A stretch of DNA of 64,000 nucleotides from Heterodontus francisci. Lineage: Eukaryota. The stretch lies in NCBI RefSeq assembly GCF_036365525.1, contig NC_090377.1, positions 79,903,198 to 79,967,197 of the forward strand, given 5' to 3'. Shown here in pieces: positions 26,040-37,690 of this stretch. Within the stretch, counting starts at the first letter, position 1; each line of letters starts with the position of its first letter. The notes under the pieces were generated by a model that made no database searches, had not been told where the DNA came from, and worked only from the letters and a program-made list of their open reading frames with translations. Both the position numbers and the translations under genes were made by a program.

Positions 26040-26342
26040 CAAGTTGATCCTTGCAAGTTACTGGTTTTGTACAGAATGATGGCTTGCCCTGGCCAACTTC
26101 GTTCACTGCACTGACACGGTACTCATAAGTGTCACCTTCCTTTAAGCCACTATGTGTAAAAATCCGATCTAACAATTTCTCTTTAGTAACCTTGTTGAAC
26201 TTGTCTTTGCCGATAAGACGACACTCAAGAATGTACTTTGTAATGTCTGAGCCACCGTCATATTTAGGAGGGTTCCATTTCAAGCTAACCGATTGCTTTG
26301 TAACGGCTGTTACTTCAAGATCTTCAGGGCGTTCAGGGACAG
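26040..26342 (-). CDS. TTN: Titin exon, Fn3 A24, 303 nt
   Basis: gcAG/GTAAGA; KWNPPKYDGGSDITKY. Confidence 0.94.
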
Positions 26343-26445
26343 CTGCAAGTAAGAATAATATATTAAAATTAATGTATTCAGTGACTACAATTGATTTCTT
26401 TAATATTTAAAGACAGGAAAAACATGTAACTAAAGAATTACTTAC

Positions 26446-26748
26446 ATATTGGTTCTTTAACTGTAATTTCTTGTGTTGTCTGCACCCATGGGCCCATGCC
26501 TATGATATTTTCAGCTGCAATTCTGAAGAAATAAATATTTCCTTGAATTAGACCCTGAACGATAGCATTCTGTCTGGTAACTGTGCATGTGACAGGTGAC
26601 CAGCCTCGACGTTCAGCTTCACGCTTTTCAATTATATAATTGGTAACAGCAGATCCACCATCATCATCTGGAAGAAACCATGTTAATTTGCAAGAATCGT
26701 TTGTTAGGTTTTCACAGCGGAAAGGTTCACCAACTGGTCCAGGAACAT
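26446..26748 (-). CDS. TTN: Titin exon, Fn3 A23, 303 nt
   Basis: Not in ORF track; acAG/GTAAGT; VPGPVGEPFRCENLTNDSCKLTWFLPDDDGGSAVTNY. Confidence 0.93.
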
Positions 26749-26834
26749 CTGTAATAAAAAAATAATAATTTTACTTAAATACATAAAAAAAATTGATTGC
26801 ATTCAGTGTAAAATCAGAAAGTAAGAATATTTAC

Positions 26835-27116
26835 CTAATACATCAACAATAATGGTCTTTCTTCTTTCGCCTCCTGCATTCTTAGCAATGAGATTGTACA
26901 CACCTTGGTGCTTTCTCTGACATTTCTTAATAACAAGAGCAGAGCTGATAACTGTAGTTTCAATTGTCGCTTCTTCTGGTACTGGTTTATCATCTCTTTT
27001 CCATATGATCTCTGGAGGTGGTTTACCTGATACATATGCCAGGATACGAATCACACCACCAGCATGCACTACAATTCTGTCTCTCACGCTGGCATCCAAG
27101 TTAATGTCTGGAATAA
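26835..27116 (-). CDS. TTN: Titin exon, Ig A22, 282 nt
   Basis: AG/GTAAAT; IPDINLDASVRDRIVVHAGGVIRILAYVSGKPPP. Confidence 0.95.
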
Positions 27117-27203
27117 CTAGAATAAAAAACAATTAAGTCAGATATTTATCATTGCCAAAGTAATACAGAAGAAATGCAACAAAGGTCTACACTTTTTTTT
27201 TAC

Positions 27204-27354
27204 CTATTCTATCCTTAACTTCAATGGCGTCAGAAACCTCTCCCGGATTGCCAACTCCAGCAGCATTTACTGCCCTTACTCTAAATCTATACAAACTTCC
27301 TTCCTTCAGTCCTGGTACAACAAACTTTGTGCCTCTAACTTCTTTGTCTTTCAC
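27204..27354 (-). CDS. TTN: Titin exon, second half of Fn3 A21, 151 nt
   Basis: Not in ORF track; ttAG/GTAAAA; VKDKEVRGTKFVVPGLKEGSLYRFRVRAVNAAG; 149+151=300. Confidence 0.92.
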
Positions 27355-28120
27355 CTAAGAAGAAACAGCAGAAAAGGCAAAAACGTTAGCCAAAACTAAG
27401 CAATATAGATTCAATTTTCTTGAGGTCAGCAACTTTCCACATATAAATGTCAGGAAATGAGGTGGGAGGTGGTGGAGCGAGAAAACTATGATGCCAGATT
27501 TCTGCCTCTTTGACATTGCCCTGGAATTTCTGTGCTTTGCCTGAAGGATGGCAAAAGGCCTGTGCCGACAATAGATGTGTTGTCATGTACATTGCCACAT
27601 GTTGTCATGGAAATGAAATGGTAGGATGCATTTCCAGCTCTACAATCTCATTTTCCTGTCATTGCCCAAATGCAGGGGCAGAAGGATATGCTGGTGGTAG
27701 GGTTCGAGTTTGGATCTTCTCAGATAGGAGGGTCTGAGGGAGTCATGTGACAAAGTGAAGGCAGCCCAAAAAGGTGATTGGCCTTTTTGTTGTTGGGACT
27801 CTTCAGAGCTTTAGACTTGGGGGCCTTCCAGCTGCTGTTCTTCAACAGTAGTCAGTGGGGCCTGAGGCTAGTGGGCAGTACTGCCACTGTAGGTCTGAGA
27901 GACTCCAGCTGCACTTTTGTTTTTGCCCTTGTTTTATGGCCCTGCCAAGGAGTGAAGCTGCAACACTTGGCCCATCAAATTTGGGCACTCTAACACCTGG
28001 AAAGGCACACTGTCCTTCAGGTAAGCTCTGTCTATCTAGCACCTGGCAAAGGAAGACGACAGGGACTAGAAAATCTGCCTCTATATGTAAAATATATCAA
28101 ATAATTATTGATGCATTTAC

Positions 28121-28269
28121 CTTTTCCCATTCTTCCTTTCCTTCCTCCTTAAATTCAACAAAATAACCAGTAATCCTTGATCCGCCATCTTTTGTTGGTG
28201 GAGTCCATTCAAGATCTACAGTTGACTTAGTCCAGTCTGTCACCTTTGGAAATGGAGGGCCAGGTGGTG
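28121..28269 (-). CDS. TTN: Titin exon, first half of Fn3 A21, 149 nt
   Basis: Not in ORF track; acAG/GTAAAT; PPGPPFPKVTDWTKSTVDLEWTPPTKDGGSRITGYFVEF. Confidence 0.92.
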
Positions 28270-28611
28270 CTGTTAAAAAAAAAAAAAAAATTCAGTACAA
28301 GTTATCAAAACTGTGTTGTTAATCTAGGTGTGCATAAAGCACAGGTTTCCAAACTGGGATCTAGGGGTTCATGAGTGAATGTAGTCATTAGATTTCTGTA
28401 TTTGTTAACTTACTTGTATGTTGTTTCTGTTGCTATACACAAATAAAAAATATTTTTGCAATATTGCATTGTTTTATTTATGGGTAGCTAACAGTGCCAG
28501 AGGTTAGGGTCGGTCCCAGGAATGTGTAAATAGCTGCACCAGTGTGCCAATATTTACAGATGTCTCCCATACATAAAAGTTTGAAAACCTCTACCAGAAC
28601 TGTATACCCAC

Positions 28612-28926
28612 CTATGGGATCTCTTGCCGTCACTGGATCAGAAGGCATACTTGGGGGTCCGACGCCTGCTGCATTGATGGCGAACACACGGAATTGATAA
28701 TCTGAACCTTCAATAAGGCCAGTTACTGGATAGGATACTCCAAGTGGCATAATCCTAATTGGATCACGATTTATTCTATTCCATCTCTTCCCGGTAGTCT
28801 CTTTACGCTCTAACCAATAGCCAGTTACTGGAGAGCCACCATCATATTCTGGCTCTTCCCAGTTGACTACCATAGAATCGCAGGTCACACTGCTTATAGT
28901 TGGTTTGTCACAAGCTCCAGGTACAG
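28612..28926 (-). CDS. TTN: Titin exon, Fn3 A20, 315 nt
   Basis: aaAG/GTGGGT; VPGACDKPTISSVTCDSMVVNWEEPEYDGGSP. Confidence 0.93.
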
Positions 28927-29310
28927 CTTTGAAAAAAATATACATTTCATTGGTATTTTCCAAATTTACAACAGAAGTTAGCTTCTATATTCTGACTGTA
29001 ATTTTGAAATTAAAGGTAGAAAAGTTAATGCTCCAAAAAATAGTGGATAACTCAAGCACAAAATTTTAATAATTTTTGTGAGTGAATGCCCAGAATTATG
29101 AAGCCTGTACAATAATTGGTACAAGTTTTAACTGAAGTATTTTTGTTAAACAATCAACAGTCTTGTACTACTAAATATTAACTTAGAACTCAAGATAAAC
29201 AATTTTGCTATCCACTGTTAAATATGTAGAATTGAACTGTATGGATGCATCTGTAAACTCAGCAATATCAAAATATAGAATATCTGTAGGAAATTTATTT
29301 CAATACATAC

Positions 29311-29610
29311 TAAACAGGTTTCTTGCTGTCTCTGGTTCACTGTCAAGAGGTTCACCAATACCATATTTATTCTGAGCCAGGATGCGGAATACATATTCAT
29401 GTCCTTCCAGTAACTTGGGTACCGTGCAAATGCACTCTTTAACATTATTGGTAACCTGAATCCAAGTCTTCCTATTTGCTTCTCTCTTTTCAACAACATA
29501 GTTAGTGATCTTGGAGCCACCATCATCTTTTGGAGGTAGCCATGATAGGGTCATCTTCTCAGCACCAATTTCTTCAAACTTAATAGGACCAACTGGAGGA
29601 CCAGGGCGAC
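29311..29610 (-). CDS. TTN: Titin exon, Fn3 A19, 300 nt
   Basis: AG/GTATGT; MTLSWLPPKDDGGSKITNY. Confidence 0.95.
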
Positions 29611-29733
29611 CTAAGTATTAGAGCAAGTCAAAATGTGAATATTCTTAATTACACTAGTTATAGTAAATGACAGGAATACACTTGCATTACCAGAACAAGA
29701 AATGTAAAGAGGTAAATTATAAAAAAAGATTAC

Positions 29734-30030
29734 CAAGAACATTGAGTCTCATTTCCTTAGAAGCAGTTCCCAAATTGTTTGTAGCAGTGAGGGTGTAAAG
29801 TCCAGTGTCCTTTCGGAGGGACTGATGAATTAGTAGAGTGCAAACATCCTCAGTCACAATTTTGTTGACATGTTGATCATATTCTACTTTAGATTTTTCC
29901 TCTGGTTTCTGAGTAGGTGCTTTGTACCATGTCAAAGTTGGGAATGGTGTGCCCTTGACTTTGGCTATAATGCTGATGTCTGTATTTTGTTCTGCCTCTA
30001 AAAATTCTTTAAGTTCGATTGCAGGTCCAC
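29734..30030 (-). CDS. TTN: Titin exon, Ig A18, 297 nt
   Basis: ctAG/GTAATC; TWYKAP..DTGLYTLTATNNLG. Confidence 0.93.
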
Positions 30031-30034
30031 CTAG

Positions 30035-30070
30035 ACATGGGAAAATCAGTACATGGGAAAATCAGTACAT
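30035..30070. repeat. 16-bp tandem duplication next to a splice acceptor
   Basis: ACATGGGAAAATCAGT x2 plus ACAT. Confidence 0.9.
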
Positions 30071-30143
30071 TTTAAGTAGGTTTAAATTTGGTATTTTTTA
30101 TGTTTACATTTGTGTGTTATGACATAATTGTGTCAGTACTCAC

Positions 30144-30461
30144 ATGTTTGATCTTTCACAATAGTGGGTCCAACAGGATTACATGGTTTACTAGTGCCAG
30201 CTTCATTAACAGCTTTTACACGGAATTCATACTGTCCACCCTCATTAAGATCTTCCACTGTAAACTTGGTTTCTTCCACATCACGTTTGTTGCATTGCTT
30301 CCAGATTTCCTTCTTTTGTCCAGTAGGATCCAAGGAAAGACATTCAATAATGTAATGTGTTACTGGAGCCCCTCCATCTTTCTTTGGTGGCCTCCAAGTA
30401 AGTGAAACGGAATTCTTAGTAACCAAACCAATTCTGAGTTTTGTTGGAGGTTCAGGGGGGT
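30144..30461 (-). CDS. TTN: Titin exon, Fn3 A17, 318 nt
   Basis: AG/GTGAGT; PPEPPTKLRIGLVTKNSVSLTW. Confidence 0.95.
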
Positions 30462-30577
30462 CTGAAATATAAAAGCAATTCATCAAAAATGATTGCTAAA
30501 AAAAAGCATAACCATTAAAATGAATTATAGTGATATCTGAACTAGACAAGTATATGTTTTTCAAACTGCAAACTTAC

Positions 30578-30877
30578 GAATTGGATCTCTAGCCCTGGTC
30601 CTCTGGATGGTTTCTACTGGTGGACCAATGCCAAATCGGTTTTCTGCCCGGACACGGAAGAAGTACTCCTGCCCCTCAATAAGATCAGGCACAACAAATG
30701 ATGTGCCTGCACAGGAAGCGCTAGCTTTTACCCAAGCCTTTCCTTCTACAGTCTTTTTCTCCACAACATAGCATTTAATTCTATCTCCACCATCATTGTC
30801 TGGGGGCTTCCATGAAAGTCTGCAGGTACTCCTTGTAATGTCACTTACTTTGAGATCTTTCGGTGGACCTGGCATAT
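30578..30877 (-). CDS. TTN: Titin exon, Fn3 A16, 300 nt
   Basis: AG/GTAAGT; MPGPPKDLKVSDITRSTCRLSW. Confidence 0.95.
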
Positions 30878-30971
30878 CTGTGACACACAAAAGATAATTA
30901 ATTTAATAATCACATTAAACTACTACAATTTATTCTCTTTCAAATATACTTCAATAAAATAATTTACATAC

Positions 30972-31101
30972 CAAGAACATTTACTCTGACATGTACGGTT
31001 TTTTGTCCAGCCTTGTTCTTAGCAGTAATACTATATCGACCAGAATGGCTTCTGTTACATGCTGAAATAACCACAGTTGTCTTAGTTTCGGTACTTTCCA
31101 C
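30972..31101 (-). CDS. TTN: Titin exon, C-terminal part of Ig A15, 130 nt
   Basis: gtAG/GTATGT; VESTETKTTVVISACNRSHSGRYSITAKNKAGQKTVHVRVNVL. Confidence 0.92.
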
Positions 31102-31214
31102 CTACAAAAGACAAAAAGATGAACCATTAATCAGTAAGCAAAATGCAATTTTTATTTCTACATTCCAAAATGTCAAATGTGATACAGTAAAAGAATCATT
31201 AAACACATTATTAC

Positions 31215-31247
31215 CTGGACATCAGCTGGTAGATTATGTCCTTCATC
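31215..31247 (-). CDS. TTN: Titin 33-nt microexon within Ig A15 (DEGHNLPADVQ)
   Basis: ttttgtttAG acceptor, CAG/GTAATA donor, phase 0-0; resembles the mammalian titin peptide DGVHDIPEDAQ at the same position (recalled, not searched). Confidence 0.85.
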
Positions 31248-33280
31248 CTAAACAAAACAGTAAAACATCAAATGTTACAAAATTTGTTTAATTTTTTTGA
31301 GGAAAAATCTATGATTATTGCTGATTGATTTGTTCTGGAGAAGATTCCATGTTAAGCTTGCCCCCAATTATTTTTGTAATGATGTCATGCTGGATGGTGC
31401 CACATGTGATCTTCAGCTGGGGTCTGCATTATGGCTCCATTTCATTTTGACCCAACAGTGATGTGAACCAATTTCAAACAAGATAATATATAATCCAATC
31501 AAAAACGCAAACACAGCGTGTCTGAGGCGATAGCTGGGAGGAATCATAGTTTGTGAAAGACACCTATGATTTAAAGAATGAAGACCACCGTTCTTCAATG
31601 GATATCCTTCATGTAGAGCCCCATAGCAAACTAAAACTAATCAGAATGGGGGGAGGGGAGGAGTGAACACTCATGCTGAGGAGCTTTAACCACTGCTGTC
31701 AGAAGAGATCTGTCTAAACATTAGCCCTGATTTTAAACTAACCAGTCCATCTTAACACCCTGTCCAATTATACTCTCAATTGAAGTAAAGTGCAATGTTT
31801 CTGCCTCTGTCATTCTCTTTGGCAAGCATTCCATTTTCCAATAACTCTGTGAGTAAAGAAATTTCTCCTAATCTCTCTCATCACTCCTTTATTGCCAATT
31901 TTAAGTTACTGACTCGCCAACAAAAAGACATAAGGGGCTAAATTGGATAGCCCTTGAAATTGGGCATGGGGATCATGATGCGTAACTACCCCATGCCCAT
32001 TCAAAGTGATGCAGACAGCACACAAACTTCATGCTGCTTACTAATTATAATAATAGTGGTGTGTAGTCCAGCACTACATGGGCTGCTGAGCGGCTGCATG
32101 CTTCAGCAAGGGCACAAGTTCGTGCAAGACAAGCACCACTTAAAGCTAGCCTGCACTATTTAAATTCAGACTGCATCACTTAAAGGCAAGTAGCATCCCG
32201 GCTGCAGCAGAAGCTGAAACTGATTAGAGTGGAAGATTAGGATGAAGCTGTAAAAATGGCACACCAGGCCAGAGAGCATGCTCCAAGGTACTCAGATGCC
32301 ACGTTGGAGGCCTTGGTGCAGGAGAAAAGAGGTCCTCTTCTTTCAGTGGCTCAGGAAGCCCTCTAGAAACATTCTGAAGAGGCAGTGGGAGCAGGTAGCC
32401 ACAGCAGTCAATGTCAGCAGTTTAGCGCTGAGGGCCTGGATGCTGGGTCAGAGAAGTTTAATGACCTGATACAAGTGGCTAAGGTCACTAAATGCATCTT
32501 CACATGCCATATCCTACTAACTACACCACTTGGCCTCAGACACTGCTCCATTTATCACACTTCCTCCACTCGCTTGCCAACAATCTCGATCAATCATGAC
32601 TCATACCTCACATTCATAGCATAACCTCACCCTCACATATTTATCACTGCTGCAAGCCACACACTCACATCTTCCAACTTGCAACACTGCCAGCTTTTCA
32701 ATCTGTAGTTGGTGTAACCATGCACCTCTTTCTTTTCCCTCTTCCCTCATCCCAACCTTGCCCTTGTGCCTTTACACTTTGAAATACCCAAGAACTGCTG
32801 GCTGGCCAGCAGTGGTGCGGGAGGCTGAAGGCCTGGATGAAAATGAAACTAAGGAGAAAGAAACACTGTAACTCGATCTGCAATTCACAGCCACCCACTC
32901 AGATACTGGCACAGTTGAAAGTTAGATGGTAGCATAGAGGTGAGATCTGCACAGGGTGAATCACCAGGCACGAGTGGGGAAAAGGATCACACAAGTATCA
33001 GCTTCCCAGAGGATGAGGTAGCAAACAAGTTCTGCTGCAGAGGACTTAGATGAGGACTTCAATGGGGCGATGTATAGAAAAAGGCTGATGGGCATGCACA
33101 CAAAATGCTGGTGCATTGGCTGGACTGCCAGAAAGTCTGCTGCTATCATTTAGCATGGAGAAGTCTGGCTCCAACTTGGCACAGAGCTTTGCACAGAGCG
33201 TGAAAGCCATTCTTTTCCGTGTGGAAGCAGTGACCAACTCCATGAGAACACTTGTGGAACTGACCATGATACAGCATCTG

Positions 33281-33478
33281 GCAGCATCTGTGGAAAGAGA
33301 AGCAGAGTTAACGTTTCGGGTCAATGACCCTTCTTCGGAAGCAGAGTTCCGAAGAAGGGTCACTGACCCGAAACGTTAACTCTGCTTCTCTTTTCACAGA
33401 TGCTGCCAGACCTGCCGAGGGATTCCAGCATTTCTTGTTTTTATTTCAGATTTCCAGCATCCGCAGTATTTTGCTTTT
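33281..33478. mobile_element. Palindromic Penelope-terminus-derived insertion with 15-bp TSD
   Basis: TSD ATGATACAGCATCTG at 33266-33280 and 33479-33493; inverted arms 33277-33340 and 33347-33410. Confidence 0.85.
33341..33385 (+). ncRNA. Putative minimal type I hammerhead ribozyme (variant core)
   Basis: Stem I GCAGAGUU/AACUCUGC, core CCGAAGA(A), stem II GGGUC-ACU-GACCC, GAAA, palindromic ACGU in place of stem III, predicted cleavage after GUU at 33377; activity untested. Confidence 0.55.
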
Positions 33479-33719
33479 ATGATACAGCATCTGTTGGCCA
33501 ATGTCTCAACTTCCATTGTAGCCCAAGGAGAAACCACCCAACATCTGAGTGCTGCAGTGGAAACTCAGACTGAGGTCATGAAATCTCAGCTTGTTGCCTT
33601 GAAAGCCCAGCACAAGGGTGATTAGTTGAGTACTGTATAGAGTATTGGATGTTTTGTTGGATTAAGTTGGTATAGAACGGATGCTTTGTAGTGGCTTTTA
33701 TTTCAGCATTGTGGCCAAG

Positions 33720-34910
33720 AGGACACAGTGATGGTCAGTGACAGAGGGAAGGTAAGGTGTGTGACTGTTGCAGAATGGGGATTTCGGGTTATGTTCAGTG
33801 GAATCATAATAAAATGAGGCAATCATAGACAGCCTGGCCGGAAAGAGGATTTGTTGCTTGCCTGCTCCCTTTCTCCTGCATCTCAGCTGCTCACAAGTGG
33901 CAGGGGTCATGCCTTCGTGATAGCAAGGATATGCAGGACACATCAGACCACGGCGAATTGGGACACATCCTCTGGCCAATACTATAGGGCTCCTCCAGAG
34001 TGGTCCAGACAGCTGAAGCGTTGGTTGGGCACGCCAATGGTCTGCTCTATGATGTTTTGTGTGGCAGCATGGCTCTCATTATAGGCATACTGGTCACGTG
34101 TGCTTGGGTTGCGCGGCGGAGTCATGAGCCAGTTGTTAGACGGATAGTCCTTTTCACCCTGCACACAACCCTCTAGTTAATGTGCTGGCACAAATACTGA
34201 GAGACCAGTGAACTGGCACAAAATGCATGCATCCTGACTGCTGCTAGCATAGTGAGCATTCACCTGCATAATATGCTGAGCATGGTCACACACCATTGTG
34301 AGTGAGTGCTAATCTTTGAGATTGCAGTACATCTCAACATTTTGATACGATGCCCGCAAAGCCACATGTGTGCAGTCGATGGTGCCTTGCACCATGGAGA
34401 AGCGTGCGTTCCTGGCAAAGCCACATGAATGCTCCTCCTGCTTCTCTCTAGTCAGAGGGAAGACAATGAACTTCCCTCTCCTGACATAAAGCGCATCGGT
34501 CACATCCCTTATGCAGCATTGGACAATGAAATGGGAGATGTTAAAGATGTCACCTGCTCAAGCCTGGAAAGGTCCTGACACAAAGAAATTCAGGGCCACA
34601 GTGAGCTTCACAGTCATTGGATGCACGGTCCATACCCTGCTCTGAGGTTGCAGGTCTGACTGCAAAAGATGGCAGATTTCCTTAAGCGCCTCCTTTGCAA
34701 AGCCGAGTCAATGCACTTACTGCCCCTGGCTTAGGTGGATGTAAAAGAAATTCTATGGGAGACCCTGGGTGGATAAGGCCTCCTGCTGAGAGCCCACCAC
34801 CGCCTACTCCTCCTCCTCCCCCTGTGAGCAGTTTGTCCTCTTCTGTGTTGCCTCTGCTCATTCTCCCTGTCGTGCTGCAGGTCAAGGGGGATTGTTATTA
34901 TAGCACCCAT
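33720..34910 (-). pseudogene. Harbinger (HARBI1-like) DDE transposase relic
   Basis: VQGTIDCTHVAL; GEKDYP..WLMTP..YNESHAATQNIIEQTIG..RFSCLDHSGGAL; stops and frameshifts. Confidence 0.88.
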
Positions 34911-36310
34911 GACTGGGAGAAAGTGGTCTAACCACAGCCCTTGAAGTCAAAACCAAGGCCATCTCCATGTGCAACACCACTCCCTGTCGACTTACCAACT
35001 TTAAACAACTCTGCACTGGTGAAGGGGCCCATTCTGCTGCCAAATACAAGTTCAGCAGTGCATGTTTAAGAGAGGGTGATAGCTGGAGTGGCGAGATCAA
35101 AAATGACAATGCTGGTGTCAAATCAGTGTTAGATGCTGACTGATGGCATGACCTGCTTGCTCTGCAAACGTCTGGCACATGCTCCTAACGCCCAGGTTAC
35201 TGACCTCCCCAAAATGGCATCCGACGAGGGGCATGCTGGGACTGTGACCAAAATGGCAACCATAGTGCCGGCACTACCGAGCCATGTTTTGCGGCCTGTG
35301 TCTTTTGCCAGAATAAGATCAAATACCCACAAATAAACTTCTACTATGGCAAATCCATCCAGGAAGGAGGTGGGGAGATAATAACCCAGAGCACTGTCAC
35401 ACACAGGTCACGCACGAGTTCCGCTGCAAAGGACTCAGAGGACTTAGATGGGGTGGCGAACAGGACAGCAGTGATGTGCATACAGAGAATCTTGGTGCAT
35501 TGGTAGGCCTGCCATAGAGTCTATTTTACTGTCAAGGAGCATGGAGCAGTCCTGCTCCAACTTGGCACAGGGCTTTGCACAGAACTTGGGAGCCCATTCT
35601 CTCCAGTGTGGAAGTAATGGCCAATGCCATGACAATGTTTGCTGATGCATACGTGATGCAGCATCTGGTGGTGATGTCTCAGCTTCCACTGCAGTACAGC
35701 CAGAAGCCACCCAGCCTTAGGGCTGCAGTGGAAACTCAGACTGAAGTCATACCATCCATGCTTGTTGCCATGCAAGCCCAGATTGGTACCATGCAGGTTC
35801 TGACTGCAACCATCATGGTTACAGATACGAATGCTCAAAGGGGTATGCAGGCTCTCATAGCAGTCTAGTAATCTGTTCTCCAGCAGATGACTAGGATTGC
35901 TGAGCTGCTGCCTTGTGGGAGTGCCACTGACTCCATGGAGCATGAACTTGCTGTCTTCTCACAGGATGACAGCATTCATATTCCCATCACTGCCACTCTG
36001 CCAGTCCCCTTGCTGTTGCCTTCCAGCCAGACTGCGGGGCCCTCAAGGCCTAGAGCTGCTCGAGGTTGTCCGGCAGGACCACCTGCAGTCTGTGCCACTG
36101 AAAGTCAAGAGCCTTCCATCAGCCAAGCTGCAGTCACTGGGGTAGCACTGTGTAGAAGTACTCAGAAAAGACTTGTGCTCACTCCTCCTTCTGTCTGGTA
36201 AGTGTTACGAAAGTGCTTCTATATTTTTTGTCAAGTATGTTTTTGAAGACATATTTAAATTGTGAAGATGGAGTCATTGAAAGCTGAAGATTTCATAGAA
36301 GCTGTACTTT

Positions 36311-36633
36311 GCTTTCGTTTTAGTTTGGAGATACAGCACTGAAACAGTCCCTTCGGTCCACCGTGTCTGTGCCAACCATCAACCATCCATTTATACTAAT
36401 TCTACACTAATTCCATATTCCTACCACCTACCTATACTAGGGGCAATTTACAATGGCCAATTTACCTATCAACCTGCAAGTCTTTGGCATGTGGGAGGAA
36501 ACCGGAGCACCCGGAGGAAACCCACGCAGTCACAGGGAGAACTTGCAAACTCCACACAGGCAGTACCCAGAATTGAACCCGGGTCGCTGGAGCTGTGAGA
36601 CTGCGGTGCTAACCACTGCGCCATTGTGCCGCC
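36311..36633 (-). mobile_element. HE1-like V-SINE
   Basis: GGGCGGCACAATGG head, GGTTCAATTC B box, GGTGCTCCGGTTTCCTCCCA V-domain, CR1-type tail. Confidence 0.85.
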
Positions 36634-37366
36634 CTTTGTTGTTGACAATTCATTGAAAAGGCACTGAGATATTGTTTAAAAACAGCCTTGTGGGAAATCA
36701 TGTGCTTTCAGCAATAAACAACAGAAACCTTGGTGACCTGGAAAGATGTTTACAAAGAAGAGACAGGTCAAGATTTCTAGGGGTCAGGAGGCTTGACTCT
36801 TGAGATATTATTTTTGGGTTCACTTTGGACTGTGTGTTGGGGTGTGTGCACTGTTTTGAAGACAGTTGGAGAAAACCAGCCAAGAGAGCAGCCACCTCTT
36901 CCATCTCTTTGAGAACTGCCTGAGAATCAAGTGTAAGAAATAGAGAAACAGAAAACCCTGCCAAACTGATCCTCAACACCGCCTGAAAAGAACTGCTCTA
37001 GAAAGATCTCAGTGACAGCCATCTATTCGTATTTGGGATGCCAAACTAAAAGGGGACAACTGACATCTTTCCATATCTTTTTTCTTCAAGAATTAGCCAG
37101 TGTTTGGCCAAAATATTCTTTTTTTCCCCTTTTTTTTGTAAGAGAGCTCTGCAGAGAGAATCTCTTTTCTTCAGTGTGTGTGTGAGTTTGTGTGTGGGGG
37201 ATTTAAAAAAGGGAACTTTCATATTTCAATCTGTGTGTTAATGCTTTGCTTCGTTACTGGTTAAGTCTTGTTATATAATAAATTGTTAATTTTGTTGTTT
37301 ATTAAAGAAACCTGATTGGTGTATTTTATTCTGGGATAAAGAGCAGAGTATATGATTGACTGTAGT

Positions 37367-37690
37367 GGGCGGCACAGTGGCTATCACCACAGTCTCACAG
37401 CTCCAGGGACCCGGGTTCGATTCTGGGTACTGCCTGTGCGGAGTTTGCAAGTTCTCCCTGTGACTGCGTGGGTTTTTGTCGGGTGCTCCGGTTTCCTCCC
37501 ATAGCCAAAGACTTGCAGGTGATAGGTACATTGGCCATTGTAAATTGCCCCTAGTATAGGTAGGTGGTAGGGAGTATGGGATTATTGTAGGGTTAGTATA
37601 AATGGGTGGTTGTTGGTCGCTACAGACTCGGTGGGCCGAAGGGCCTGTTTCAGTGCTGTATCTCTAAATAAATAAAAAATAAATAAAGTA
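37367..37690 (+). mobile_element. HE1-like V-SINE
   Basis: GGGCGGCACAGTGG head, GGTTCGATTC B box, V-domain, GGGCCGAAGGGCCTGTTTC tail and (TAAA)n. Confidence 0.85.

Larger units (their letters stand above)
32256..33610 (+). pseudogene. Harbinger Myb/SANT-like DNA-binding protein relic
   Basis: Frameshifted MAHQAREHAPRYSDATLEALVQE / RQWEQVATAVN / KFNDL trihelix motifs at 32256-32490, followed by low-complexity C-terminal remnants. Confidence 0.75.
31934..36198. mobile_element. Decayed PIF/Harbinger DNA transposon cluster
   Basis: Convergent Myb/SANT-like and DDE transposase pseudogenes; left end GGGCTAAATTGG resembles the MITE TIRs; right TIR not found; 35440-36170 repeats the Myb-gene 3' region. 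Confidence 0.8.

Noticed and set aside
27386-28080. Possible old MITE here, and at 11478-11985, 41930-42210 and 44550-44752
   Set aside because: Only faint TIR-like ends and raised GC; cannot be supported without a repeat library
33720-34910. Domesticated HARBI1 gene nested in titin
   Set aside because: Broken by stops and frameshifts and paired with a decayed Myb ORF, so a transposon relic
37367-37440. tRNA gene
   Set aside because: A/B-box-like head continues into a V-domain and LINE-type tail, so a SINE; no complete cloverleaf
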